DNA of 64,000 nucleotides from the human T2T-CHM13v2.0 reference genome, Homo sapiens. Location: NCBI GenBank assembly GCA_009914755.4, contig CP068257.2, positions 41,216,001 to 41,280,000 on the forward strand, given 5' to 3'. Positions 1 through 13,790 of this stretch are shown piece after piece. Both the position numbers and the translations under genes were made by a program. Positions within the stretch are counted from its first letter, which is position 1, and the number at the start of each line of letters is the position of its first letter. The notes under the pieces were generated by a model that was not told the DNA's origin, ran no database searches, and worked only from the letters and a program-made list of their open reading frames with translations.

Positions 1-23
1 GATAGATAGATAGATAGATAGAT
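1..23. repeat. (GATA)n microsatellite, truncated by window edge
   Basis: gatagatagatagatagatagat read directly; abuts the 3' end of the antisense L1. Confidence 0.9.
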
Positions 24-1027
24 TACAATTAAATTATTATTGACTATAGTCACCCTGTTGTGCTATCAAATACTAGGTCTTATTCATTTTGTCCATTTTT
101 TTCCCCCATTAACCATCCCCACCTCCCCTACCCTCCCACTACCCTTCCCAGCCTCTGGTAACCATCCTTCTACCTTCTATGTCCGTGAATTCAATTATTT
201 TGATTTTTAGATCCCACAAATAAGTGAGCACATGTGATGTTTGTGTTCTGTGCCTGATTTATTTTCTTTAACATAATGACCTCTAGTTCCATCTATATTG
301 TTGCAAATGACAGGGTCTCATTCTTTTTAATGGCTGAATAGTACTCCACTGTGTATATGTACCACATTTTCTTTATCCATTCCTCTGTTGATAGATACTT
401 TGGTTGCTTCCAAATCTTGGCTAGTGTGAATAGTGCTGCAACGGACATGGGAGAGCAGCTAACACTTGGATAGACTGATTTCCCTTCTTTGGGTCATATA
501 CCCAGCAGTTTGATTGCTGGTAGTTCTATTTTCAGTTTTTTGAGGAACCTCCAAACTGTTCTCCATAGTGGTTATAGTAATTTACATTCCCACCACCAGT
601 CTATGAGGGTTCCCTTTTCTCCACCTCCTCGCCAGCATTTGTTATTGCCTGACTTTTGGATAAAAGCTATTTTAACTGGAGTGAGATGATATCTCATTGT
701 AGTTTTGATTTGCATTTCTCTGATGATCAAGGATGCTGAGCACCTTTTTGCATGCCTGTTTGCCATTTGCAAGCCTTCCTTTGAGAAATGTCTATTCAAA
801 TCTTTTGCCCATTTTTAAATCAGATTATTAGATTGTTTCCTATAGAGTTATTTGAGCTCCTTATATATTCCGGTTATTAATCCCTGTCAGATGGTTAGTT
901 TGCAAATCTTTTCTCTCATTCCGTGGGATTTCTTTTCATTTTTGATTGTTTCCTTTGCAGTGGAGTAGCTTTTTAACTTGATGTGATCCCATTTGTCCAT
1001 TTTTGCTTTGGTTGTCTGTTCTTGTAG

Positions 1028-1411
<384 letters not shown>

Positions 1412-1425
1412 TAGTAGTTTCATAG

Positions 1426-1745
<320 letters not shown>

Positions 1746-2261
1746 TGAATATGAATATCCAATTTTCCCAGCCCCATTTGTTGAAGAGATTATCCTTTCT
1801 CCAACGTATGTTCTTGGCACCTTTGTCAAAAGGGAGTTCATTACAGATGTATAGATTTGTTTCTGGGTTCTCTGTTCTGTTCCATTGGTCTATGTGTCTG
1901 TTTTTATGCCAGTACCTTACTGTTTTGGTTACTATAGCTCTGTAGTATAATTTGAAGTCAGATAATCTGATTCCTTTAGTGCAGATGCCATGTTAATCTG
2001 ATGGTCAAGGTTAACATCACCACCAATGGGCCACATTAAAGCTGTGTGCCCTGGCAGGATGCAGTGAGAGCTCTGCGTCGCTTTCACCATCTTCCTGCCC
2101 AAGAGGCATCACCTGAGCCTCATCGTGGGGGAATCGTCAGCCCAACCCGCAGTGAGGGGCGGGGGCTCCACAAGACACCTGGCCTGTGATCATCCAAGGG
2201 CAAAGTCCTGAAAGTCAAGGAAAGATGGAAAAGCTGTTCCAAGGAACAGCTCGGACCACTA

Positions 2262-2335
2262 AATGCAACAGACCACTAAATGCAAACACTAAATGCAGAG
2301 ACATGACCACTAAATGCAACAAGGGATCCTGGAAG
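2262..2335. repeat. short imperfect tandem repeat, ACCACTAAATGCA x4
   Basis: gaccactaaatgcaacagaccactaaatgcaaacactaaatgcagagacatgaccactaaatgcaaca. Confidence 0.7.
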
Positions 2336-2569
2336 GGACTCTTGTGCTGTAAAGGACGTCGCTGGGGCCATTGAGGAAACTCGAACAGGACCTGTGGATC
2401 AGATAATCATGATACATCAGTGCTGATTTCCCGATTTCTATGTCTAGATGTGGTTACGTAGGAAAACATCCCTGTTCGTAGGTAGTTCACACTAACATAT
2501 TTGGTGGTGGGTTATCATGGTGACAACTCAATTGGTTGAGAAAAAAAACAAACCCTTTGTGATATTCTT

Positions 2570-2750
2570 ACAATGAGTGAATGAGTGAGTGAATGCTAAC
2601 CCCTCACCACAGTACAGGAAGGTTACAACAAATGCAGTCATAAAGACTGGCTTCAGCCACCCTCTGCAGCCAAACCCATGTGATGGGCCTACAAGTCATC
2701 CAAAGTGTGCTCATTCATTCATTCGATGTACATTCATTCATTCCTTCCAC
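2570..2750. repeat. inverted pair of (TGAA)/(TGAGTGAA)-type microsatellites about 110 bp apart
   Basis: aatgagtgaatgagtgagtgaatg at 2572-2597 versus ctcattcattcattcgatgtacattcattcattcc at 2709-2745. Confidence 0.7.
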
Positions 2751-2847
2751 ATATATTAAGCACCTCTTGTGTGGACGGGACCGCACAAGGTTCAGGGAGC
2801 CAAGGACAAAGAAAGCCGTGTCTTCTCTCAAGGAGACAACAGTCTAG

Positions 2848-3480
<633 letters not shown>

Positions 3481-3920
3481 AGTGGGGGGTTGACTTTGGA
3501 GGAATGCCAGCTCCACCCCTGGCTCCAGCACCTTCCTGTGTGTGACCACAGGCAGTCATGGAGCGCCAGGCGCCTCACTCATGAAGTGTGACAGTGATAG
3601 CAACTTCCCTAGGTGGCAGTGAAACTTCAGTGTAGCGGCCGTGAAAACATTTCCCACGGTGGCCGGCGGGTACTTGGTCCTTGGAAAATATTTTTCTTCT
3701 CATTTCCGTGGAAATAGCCTTCAGAGTTCTCAGAATCGCTTTCCCCAAAACCTGAAAATCTTAAAGGGGAAACCATTTTCAGAATAAAAAGAGCCACCTC
3801 TCATGACTGACACTGCCCCCTGCTGTGGTCCCGATGAGAACCAGGGCACTAGTGGGTAAGGTATGAGCTGTGCCTGCCAGAGAGACAAGCCCAGTGTTTC
3901 CAACGTGAAGTAATACTTAG

Positions 3921-4480
<560 letters not shown>

Positions 4481-4491
4481 GCTGATTTTGT

Positions 4492-4650
4492 CTTTTTCTT
4501 TTTTTTTGAGACAACAGTCTTGTTCTCTTGCCCAGGCTGCAGTGCAGTGGCACAATCATGGCTCACTATAGCCTCCAACTCAGGTGTTCCTCCCACCTCA
4601 GCCTCCCAAAGTGATGGGGTTACATGTGTGAGCCACTGTGCCTGGCCCAA
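4492..4650 (-). mobile_element. Alu fragment (about 160 bp), reverse-complement
   Basis: ttttttttgagacaacagtcttgttctcttgcccaggctgcagtgcagtggcacaatcatggctcac...gtgagccactgtgcctggccc. Confidence 0.8.
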
Positions 4651-4702
4651 AACTTCTGGTTTTCTGAAGTGGTTGTGCCACATCCTTGCTAACTTGTTGT
4701 TT

Positions 4703-5000
4703 CCTTTGTGCATTTTTTTTTTTTTTTTTTGAGACTGTGTCTTGCTTTATTGCCTAGGCTGGCATGGCTCACTGCAACCTCTGCCTGCTGGGTTCGAGCG
4801 GTTCTCCTGTCTCAGCCTCCCAAATATCTGGGATTACAGGCGCCCGCCACCACGCCCAGCTAATTATTGTATTTTTTTTTAGTAGAGACAGGGTTTTACC
4901 ATGTTGGTCAGGCTAGTCTTGAACTCCTGACCTCAAGCAATCCACCTGCCTTAGCCTCCCAAATTTTGGGATTCCAGGTGTAAGCCACCGGGCCCGGCCT
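4703..5000 (-). mobile_element. Alu, reverse-complement
   Basis: poly(T) gagactgtgtcttgctttattgcctaggctgg ... aggtgtaagccaccgggcccggcc. Confidence 0.9.
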
Positions 5001-5039
5001 GCAATTCTTCTAAGCTGCTTTCCCCCCTCCCCCCGAACC

Positions 5040-5245
5040 CAGCTTCAAGTGATTCTCCTGCCTCAGCCTCCTGAGTAGTTGGGATTACAGGAATGTGCCA
5101 CCATGCCCGGCCAAATTTTGTATTTTTAGTAGAGATGGGGGTTTCACCATACTGGCCAGGCTGGTCTTGAACCCGACCTCAAGTGATCCACCCACTTTGG
5201 CCTCCCAAAGTGCTGGGATTACAGGCGTGAGCCACCGTGTCCGGC
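5040..5245 (-). mobile_element. Alu, 3'-truncated copy, reverse-complement
   Basis: ttcaagtgattctcctgcctcagcctcctgagtagttgggattacagg ... gtgagccaccgtgtccggcc. Confidence 0.85.
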
Positions 5246-6212
5246 CCTAGGCTGCTTTTAGCCATCAACGTGTATTGAGGGCAAGGACATCTAGAGTCGA
5301 GTGAATAGTGGCGAGGCACCACGGAAACGCAGCCACCAGACTGCATCAGAGGGACCTGTCCTTGCCCTGCCTTCCTCTGACTGTCTGGTCAATGTACAGG
5401 GTGGGGAGTGGGCCAAGGTTGGGTGCATCGTTTTATTTTAGTTCAACTGCACAGCAGTCTGAAACAGAGCAGAATGCTTCTTCCTGGACTGCGTGTCATT
5501 CTGTGTCTGCTTTGAAGTTTGCCATGCCTTTTCCCCACACTCACACGTGCTGTCTGCCAGCCCCCTCCATCATCTGCCAGCCCCCTCCAACCGCAGGACT
5601 ACTCAGTATCTGTGGGATGCCTCTGCCACCCTCACTGGAGCTGTGGCCACGAGATGTGCTCTGGATGCCTCAGCGGGTCCCTCAGGACCTGCAGGGACAG
5701 TATCCAGCACAGCATCAGGACAAAGTGCTCTTGGCTTCTAGTTCTAGAACAAGCGGCTCGTGCCAATCAACCCTGCTTCCAGCTCTTCCTGTCTTTATTT
5801 TTTGACCTGAAAATGTGCATTTACCTGTTACTGGGGAGACTGGCTAGCCAGGCAGGGAGCGCGAATCCTAAGTGCACACACATTCCTCCGTGTGAACAGA
5901 CCACAGCTTGCTTTTCATTGTCCTGGCCACATCAGGAAACAGCACCCGCAGCGGCTTTGCAGACCCCTCCCCTCAAGTGTTCTTGTATTCAACCCCCACA
6001 CCCTGCAAGAAGTAAGGATGACCCTGACTTCTGACACCTGACGTTGGCTTTGCCTGTTTCTGAATTTGGTTGCAGAATCACTCAGCATGTTCTAAGGGCA
6101 GAGAGTCACTGGTGTCGCTGTGAGTATACATTGCCTTATCGAGGGTGCTGCCTCCCCGTGTCAGGCTGTGGTGCTGCTGGGAATTGCTTGCATGTGCCAC
6201 ACCTGACACAAG

Positions 6213-6380
6213 TTAGCCAGGCGTGGTGGCACGCGCCTGTAATCCCAGCTACTCAGGAGGCTAGGGCAGGAGAATCACTGAAACCTGGGAGGCAAAGGTT
6301 TCAGTGAGCCGAGATGTCGCCACTGCACTCCAGCTTGGAGACAGAGCGAAACTCCGTCTCAAAAAAAAAAAAAAAAAGAG
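6213..6380 (+). mobile_element. Alu right arm (5'-truncated), forward
   Basis: agccaggcgtggtggcacgcgcctgtaatcccagctactcaggaggct...ccactgcactccagcttggagacagagcgaaactccgtctcaaaaaaaaaaaaaaa. Confidence 0.85.
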
Positions 6381-7299
6381 AGAAAGAAAAAGAAAACCTG
6401 GCAGATACCTCCTTACCCTTGTGCTCAAGGTCAACATTGCCAGTCATGAGACACTTGGACATGTGGACCCCTGGTGTGGTACCCTGGGAAGGACACAGCG
6501 CCACTGCATGCACTTCCCGCCAAAATGTGTAGCCTGTGAAATGATGTCCGGCCAAACATGGAGACACATTCCGCAGCACTCACCCCTCAGAGGTGTCATG
6601 GCCACTGAGGCCAGGACGAACTGAGGGACAGTCACAGCGTGGAGGGGACTAAGGCGACAGCAAAGGGCAGCCTGGGAGGCTGGCTTGGGTCCTGGGACAG
6701 GAAGATGATGGCGTGGGGACTTTTAAAGTACGGAGTCACTTGGCCTGGCTGTGTTTGTGCATGAACCAGCAGAGGGGGAGAAAGTGGTCAGGTCATAGCG
6801 GGAGGGCCACAGGGGACATCCAGGGGCAAGTGAGACCGGGAAGGACTCCTGCCTGATTTTCCTGCCTTCCTGAATTTCTGTGTTTGCAGGGGCGGGGAGG
6901 GGGGATGTAATTTACATACAGCAAAACAGAGAGATCTCAAAAGATGCTGTTGGGTGAGTACTGTCAAACGTGTACACCATGTAACCGTCACCCCAGTCAA
7001 GACGTGGAGTGTTTCCATCACCCCTCAGGCTTTGCCCTGTGCCCCACAATCATACTTCCCAGTGCTGCGCTTAGACCGGGTAGGCAGGACGCCGTGCCTC
7101 AGGGCTCGGGCTGACCGAGGAGGAAGCAAATACTTCAGCAGCCCTACTCAGGGGCCGCGCTCTAGTATTTCTTTGGGATTTTCCAAGTCTGTCTTTGGTG
7201 CTTGGGAATGGTTGGTCCCCATCTTTCCCATGCAGGGCACTCTCTGATCCTCTATACCCTACCTCCTAGGGTCAACCAGTCCATGCCTGTCTTGGCCTT

Positions 7300-7345
7300 C
7301 AGCAGTGCGTGTGTATGTGTGTGTGCGTGCGTGCATGTGTGCACA
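7300..7345. repeat. imperfect (GT)n / GTGC microsatellite
   Basis: gtgcgtgtgtatgtgtgtgtgcgtgcgtgcatgtgtgcacacatac. Confidence 0.8.
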
Positions 7346-7740
7346 CATACCCTTTGGTGTTCTGCTGTTCCACTTTTCTGGTTAAGCACCCAAGGTGGTG
7401 GGGTAGGGGCGGGGGTCCTTCACCCTGTGCACTCCAGGACACACCCCCATCCCCTCTGTAGGCTCCACTCCACACCACCTGCCCACCTCCACACCTATGA
7501 CCTTGTCCCCTCTCGCCTCTGATCAGGATGGTGATGTTGTGGCGAGGTCGTGCTCTCCCAGGTCCATCTTCAGGCCTGTAGACAGAAAGACGGACCTTCC
7601 TCGCACAAGTGGACCTCTCTTCTCGCTTGACCCAGAGCCCTGCTGGAGGCGGCCAGGGAGGCAGGGGTGTGGGCGACACTGGGAATGCAGCTGAGGAGTC
7701 CAAGTGGGCCCATGACTGGAAGTCTCCTGCTTCTACTAAG

Positions 7741-7848
7741 AATTTTTTTTTTCAAGACAGGAGTTTTGCTCTTGTCGCCCAGGCTGGAGTGCAGTGGCCC
7801 ACCTCGACCTCCCAAAGTGCTGGGATTACAGACATGAGCCACCTGGCC
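7741..7848 (-). mobile_element. Alu fragment with internal deletion, reverse-complement
   Basis: tttttttttcaagacaggagttttgctcttgtcgcccaggctggagtgcagtggcc...cccaaagtgctgggattacagacatgagccacc. Confidence 0.75.
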
Positions 7849-8770
7849 GTATCCAGTTATCTGTTGATATCAGTATGGATTTGGGGACATTTATTTTATG
7901 CTGTTATAAACCAATGCTATGGCCATTGACTCATTCCAGGTTTGGCCCCTGGGATCTCCCTCAGGCTGGCCCCTGGGTTCTTTCAACAATTCCCCATCTT
8001 TTTCAAACACATCCTCATTTCCTGGGTCTACAAAGTACTCCAGGCTTAGCTAGGATTTCGTCTGCCCCAGTCCTGGAACAAACCAGTTCTCCAAGGATTG
8101 CCAGTTTCATACGCTGGAGAATAGTGCTAGAAAACGAAGATCTGAGTGCAAGGTGAGCTCACTGTGGCTGGGATATCATCGTTTCTAGACCCTTTGAGCT
8201 TAAAGACCTAGAAAAGACATGCATACTTAATAGCCCAAGCATAGGCAGGCTTCTGCATTTATTCCTGTATCTACCTGCATATATACATGGTAAAAACCAT
8301 GGGTTTACACAGATACCTTGGAGCCAACCCAACACCAAGGGCTTTCCTTGGCCTCCCTCTGGCTCTCACTGTCCGATGCAGATTAGATTTACCTGTGTGG
8401 TCAATCCTCGTGTGTACATACATTTCAGAACTGCTGGCCTGGACCCATGTGAAAAACAGTCACCATCTACAGCAGGGGTGTCCAAGCTTTTGGCTTCCCT
8501 GGGCCACACTGAACAACTGTATTGCACCACACATAAAATACACTAACATTAATGATGACTGATGAGTTAAAAAAAAAAAAATCGCAAAAAAATCTCATAA
8601 TGTCTTACGAAAGTTTACAAATTTGTGTTGGGCCGCATTCAAAGCTGTCCTGGGCCGCACAGCCCAGAAGCCGCGAGTTGGACAAGCTTGATCTCCAGTA
8701 TTCTGTCCAGTTCTTTTTGTCTTTAAACTTACTTACAGTATCCATCAAAATCCTATTTTCCAAAGTTACT

Positions 8771-9048
8771 TTTTTTTTCTTTTTAGATAGAGTCTCGCTC
8801 TGTGGCCCAGGCTTGAATGTGATCTCAGCTCACTGCAACCTCCACATCCTGGGCCTCCTGCCTCAGCCTCCCCAGTAGCTGGGACTACAGGCGTGTGCAC
8901 CACCATGCCCAACTAATTTTTGTATTTTTAGTAGAGACAGGGTTTCACCGTGATGGCCAGGCTGGTCTTGAACTCCTTACCTCAGGTGATCCTGCCTCAG
9001 CCTCCCAAAGTGCTGGAATTACAGGCGTAAGCCACTGTTCCTGGCCCA
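8771..9048 (-). mobile_element. Alu, reverse-complement
   Basis: tttttttttctttttagatagagtctcgctctgtggcccaggc ... attacaggcgtaagccactgttcctggccc. Confidence 0.9.
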
Positions 9049-9699
9049 CAGTTACTCGTTTCTTTCCTTCACCCTGGATTCAGGATGGTAAAGTTATTCC
9101 TTTTGAACAGTGAAGTTTGCTTGTTACTGTTTATATCCATTTGGAATTTCTCCCACAATCTGGTTGATCTTCATTATTTTGGGGGGCTATGAAACATCAC
9201 TGTGATTCTAAGAATGGGGCGCTTCACAGAAAGTCTCCTTAGAAAAATGTTGCTCCGCTCCATCCCTGCTACTCCATTCCCGTTCCCTTCTTTCTGCCCC
9301 ACTCCCATCCGCCCCTGCAGGCAACAACTCTCTTTAGGTCCTGGTTTATCTTTCCTTCCTCCAGAGCACCCGAGTAACTGCTTCTCTCCCCATCTCCCTT
9401 ACCTGAAGAGCACACGCTGCAGATACACATCTGCACCTGCTTCGTGCTCAGCAGCGGGTCGTGGGAACCACCCCACATTGTCACTCATCTGTCACGGCTG
9501 CACAGTGCTCCCTTGTGACACAATGCACAGCCTATAACCTTTTGGGTGTTTGCATATTGTTGGACGTGCATCTTCAGGGCAGACTCCACCAAGCGCTGCT
9601 TCTGGGTGTGGGTCAGACGTGGGACCTGGGAAAGGATCCAAAGGGCCCTGTGGTCCGGTCCAGACCAGGGTGAGGCATGGAGGAGGCTCTGCACAGCCA

Positions 9700-10760
9700 T
9701 TTGCAGCTCAGCCAGCACCGGGTGATGGCAGGGAGGCCTGGGCTTCTGCACTGGCTTCTGGCCTCTTCTGGGCACCCACGCTTTGTCCATGAATGGAAAG
9801 CAATGCTGACGGCTGCCCAATGTGTCCAGGACGTTTCTGAAACTCCTGTTCCTCTCCCCGTCCCTCTCTCTGTCCCACTGTCCACCTCAGTGACCTCCTC
9901 TCTTCGTGGCTCTCACCCCACACTCTGCCACTGCCACATTTTCCTCTGCGCCCAGCCTCTGCCTCCACCTGAAACTTTCCTGGAAATCTCAAAATGTAAT
10001 TCCAGGTCCCGCTGCCCTGGGCAGCACATCCCCCTTCAGAATAAAGGGCACCAACCGTCCCCTGGCACCTGCCTAAGCCATACCCCTTGCTCCCCTCCCC
10101 AGTCCCTGCAGCCCAAGGGTCCCCTCGACCACCCCAAGTCCCCACCTGGGCTTCTGCTGCACCCCCGCTGCCCTCCCTCCCGCTGGCCGGCAGCACCTTC
10201 TCCACCCGGGCCCCTCTGCTCACAGCGCTCCCCGTCCCCGTCTCCCCGAGGGGCGGGGAGCCAGGACATGGCCCTGAAAGCCTAGCCCTGGCCTTGACCT
10301 CCCCAGAGCGCCCTCCCCACCCTCTGCCCTCTGCCAACCCCGGCCCCTGCCCTGGCCCCGTCCTTGTCCTCTGCTGCTGGCCTTGGGGTCGCGCCCCGCA
10401 GACTGGGCTGTGCGTGGGGGTCCTGGCGGCCTGTGCCGTCCCACGCCTACGGGGATGGGCGAGGTCCTTCTTGGGGCTTCTCTTACCCACTCTCCAGTCA
10501 CCTGAGGGCGCTGCTTCCCTGCGGCCACCCCAGGTTTCTGTGCAGCCGAAGCCTCTGCCTCTGCGGCCGGGTGATCCCAAGACCCCGGGGTCCAGGGAGG
10601 CACGGGATCTGCTCCCCCGGTCCCAAATGCACCGGCTGCGCCTTAGGAGGGACGGCCTCCACCCATGGCGCTGGCGCCCAGGGGCCGCTCCTCGGACTAC
10701 AGCACTTGCTCGTCGCCCTGCGCCCTGTTTAGTTCTCATCACCAGCAGCCTGGACTAGGG
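9700..10760. other. GC-rich, moderately CpG-rich block (possible CpG island or unannotated regulatory element); long ORFs here are stop-codon-poor artefacts
   Basis: G+C visibly above 65 percent, CpG clusters (ccccgtccccgtctccccgaggggcggggagcc, gggtcgcgccccgcagactggg, ccggctgcgccttaggagggacggcc); ORFs are Arg/Gly/Pro-rich on both strands in overlapping frames. Confidence 0.35.
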
Positions 10761-10954
10761 CCCTGGTCCTTCTGGCCTCCTTCCACAGCCCGCTGCACAT
10801 CTCACCCACTTCCCCGAGGTGCTGTCATTGTTTAGCTGGGCCCCTCAGCCTCCGTGGTTTAGAATCGTCAGAAAGCCCGGTTCATCAGGTCACTATTGAT
10901 TCTGGTTTGCATAATCCTTTCTAAACTGTGTGACTGTTCCCTGTCAAATTTGTT

Positions 10955-11243
<289 letters not shown>

Positions 11244-11258
11244 AAGCAGTGGTTTTTA

Positions 11259-11560
<302 letters not shown>

Positions 11561-11640
11561 TTTGGGAGGCAGAGATAGGATAACTTGAGCCCAAGAGTTG
11601 GAGGCCAGCCTGAGCAACATAGCAACATCTCATCCTACAG
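11561..11640 (+). mobile_element. Alu-derived fragment (free left monomer-like)
   Basis: ctttgggaggcagagataggataacttgagcccaagagttggaggccagcctgagcaacatagcaa. Confidence 0.6.
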
Positions 11641-12500
11641 GTTTTCTTTCCTGTTCCCATCTCTTTATCCTCCTTGGCTGCTTCCTCCACTCCATTCTCC
11701 TGCTCAGGAATTTGCTCTCCAGGGTTTTTCATTCCGCTCCTTAGCAGAAGGTGTTCCTGTTGCTTTCCAAGGTCAGTTTTCACTCCCAAGGCCTCTGTGT
11801 TCTTCTCCCTAATGGTGCCCTCCCCCAAATCTGATGGAAGCAAGCCCCTGCCTGCTTTGGAGGTCCCCAACCCCCAAACGTGGTGGGTGGGTCGCTTGGT
11901 GCTGCCACTGACTCCTGCCCCCAAGAGCTGCCTCTCATTTCAAGCTGATGCACTTCTCGCTGTGACCTCACAGGAGGAATGGCGGGTCCCACCTGTCTTG
12001 AGAGGTTGCTGTCTGACATCAGTGCAGGTGTAGAGAGGAGGGGGCAGGGGTGAAGGGCCATCGTGGTGCAAACCCCACTTCCTCCAAGGAGGAGCTGAGC
12101 AGAACAGGAAGCGTCGGGCCTTCAGCTCCCACGCCTCCGGCTGAGGCTTCCATACGTGACCCAGGGCAGACTGGTAGTGAAGTCCCCATGCTCAGCCAGG
12201 AGCACCGCTGAGGCCTCCAGTGCACCGAGGGGTGATGTGCAGAGGCCCCGCTGCATCCACGGTGGTTTTTTGGTGGGCAGCACTTGCATGCCCCGGCCTG
12301 GAGTGGCCCCAGCCCAGGGGTGTCTGGCAGGAAGGGGTCTCGGGACCATCTGCTCCAGGGTCTCCTTTGAGACCAGTAAGGGGAAGTGCCTGCCATCCGT
12401 GAGTAGAGCCTCACAGAGTGCTGGGAGCGCCTGTGGGTGAGGATGGGGCTGGCCTGGGAGGACGAGGGGCTTCGAAGCCACGGGAAGGAGGCTGGGGCCA

Positions 12501-12700
12501 CAAGCCCCCAGGGGGGTGGATGGGAGGGGCTGGGCAGGAGGAGGGTTCCCGGGCCGCCTCAAGCCCCCAGGGGGGCAGATGGGAGGGGCTGGGCAGGAGG
12601 AGGGTTCCCGGGCCGCCTCAAGCCCCCAGGGGGGCAGATGGGAGGGGCTGGGCAGGAGGAGGGTTCCCGGGCCGCCTCAAGCCCCCAGGGGGCCGCCCCT
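12501..12700. repeat. G-rich minisatellite, 59-bp unit x about 3.4 copies
   Basis: unit caagcccccaggggggcagatgggaggggctgggcaggaggagggttcccgggccgcct begins at 12501, 12560, 12619, 12678 (period exactly 59); several GGGG runs per unit. Confidence 0.9.
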
Positions 12701-12779
12701 GTGTACCTGCTGTGCCTGCCTGAGTTAGGCCCTCCTGTCTGCACGCCACCCCTGCTGGCTGCAGTGACTCCATCTCCAG

Positions 12780-13790
12780 ACCGTGTGTGTGTATGTGTAT
12801 GAGTGTGCGTGGTGTGTCTGTGTATGGTGTCTATGCATGTATGATGTGTGTAAATAGTATGATGTATTTGTGTATGCGTATCTATGTGGTGTGTGTGTCT
12901 GTATGGTGTCTATATAGTGTAGTGTGTGTGCATGTATGATGTGAGTGGTACAGTGTGTGCACAGCTGTATGTGGTGTGTCTGATGCTGTGTGAATGTGTG
13001 CATGTGTGGGGTATGTATGTACATGTATGGTGTAAGTGGGATGGTATGTATCTGTATGTGGTGGTGTGCGTGTGTTTGTGGTATGGTGTGTCTGTGTGCA
13101 TGTGTACATGTATAGTGTGAGTGGGATGGTATGGTATTTGTGCGTATGCATGTATGGTTTGTGTGTGTGGCATAGTACGTGGTATAATGTGTGTGTGGTA
13201 TATGTGTGCACCTGTATCTGTATGGTGTCTGCGCATGAGTGGACATGTGTGCGTATGTGGTGTGGTGTGTGGTGTGTATGTGCGCAATGCACATATGGTG
13301 CGAGTGTGTATGTGATGTTTGGTGTGCATGTGTGGTGTGAGTGTATGTGCACATATGGTGCATAAGTGCCTGTGTGGGGTGGTGTACTGTGATGTGTGAT
13401 GTATGAATCTATGTATGTGCATATATATGGTGCGAGTGTGTGCATACGTGATTGGTTGTGTGTGGGTGCCTCTATGGTGTGTGCATGTTCTGTGTGGTGT
13501 GTGCCTGTGTGTATGTGGATATGTGCATGTATGGTGTGAGTTTAGTGTGGTGTGGCACATGTGTGTATGTGGATGTGTGGTATGTGAGTGCATGATGTAC
13601 CTGTGTATGTACATGTATGGTGCGGAGTGCGCACGTGTGATGTGGTGTGGTACATGCGTAAGTACATGTGTGGTGTGGTGGGTGTGTGTGCATGGTGTGG
13701 AATGTGCACGTGTGTGATGTGTGGCACATGCATATGTACGTGTATGGTGCACGTGTGTGTAGTGTGGTATAGCGTAGCATGGTGCATGCT
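12780..13790. repeat. about 1 kb GT-rich cryptic simple repeat (TG/TGTA/TGCG-type, purine-pyrimidine alternation)
   Basis: continuous gtgtgtatgtgtatgagtgtgcgtggtgtgtctgtgtatggtg... composition; minus-strand translations are His/Thr-only (CAC/ACA codons). Confidence 0.9.

Noticed and set aside
5308-6034. Overlapping 165- and 171-aa plus-strand ORFs in unique GC-rich DNA
   Set aside because: Two frames are open over the same interval, the composition is Pro/Ser/Cys-rich, and there is no splice or poly(A) context. It is more likely non-coding, though a lncRNA exon cannot be excluded.
9708-10742. 344-aa minus-strand ORF and overlapping 223/202/127-aa ORFs in the GC-rich block
   Set aside because: The translations are Arg/Gly/Pro low-complexity with overlapping open frames on both strands. 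That is the signature of stop-codon depletion in over 65 percent GC DNA, not of a protein gene. No splice or poly(A) architecture and no recognisable domain.
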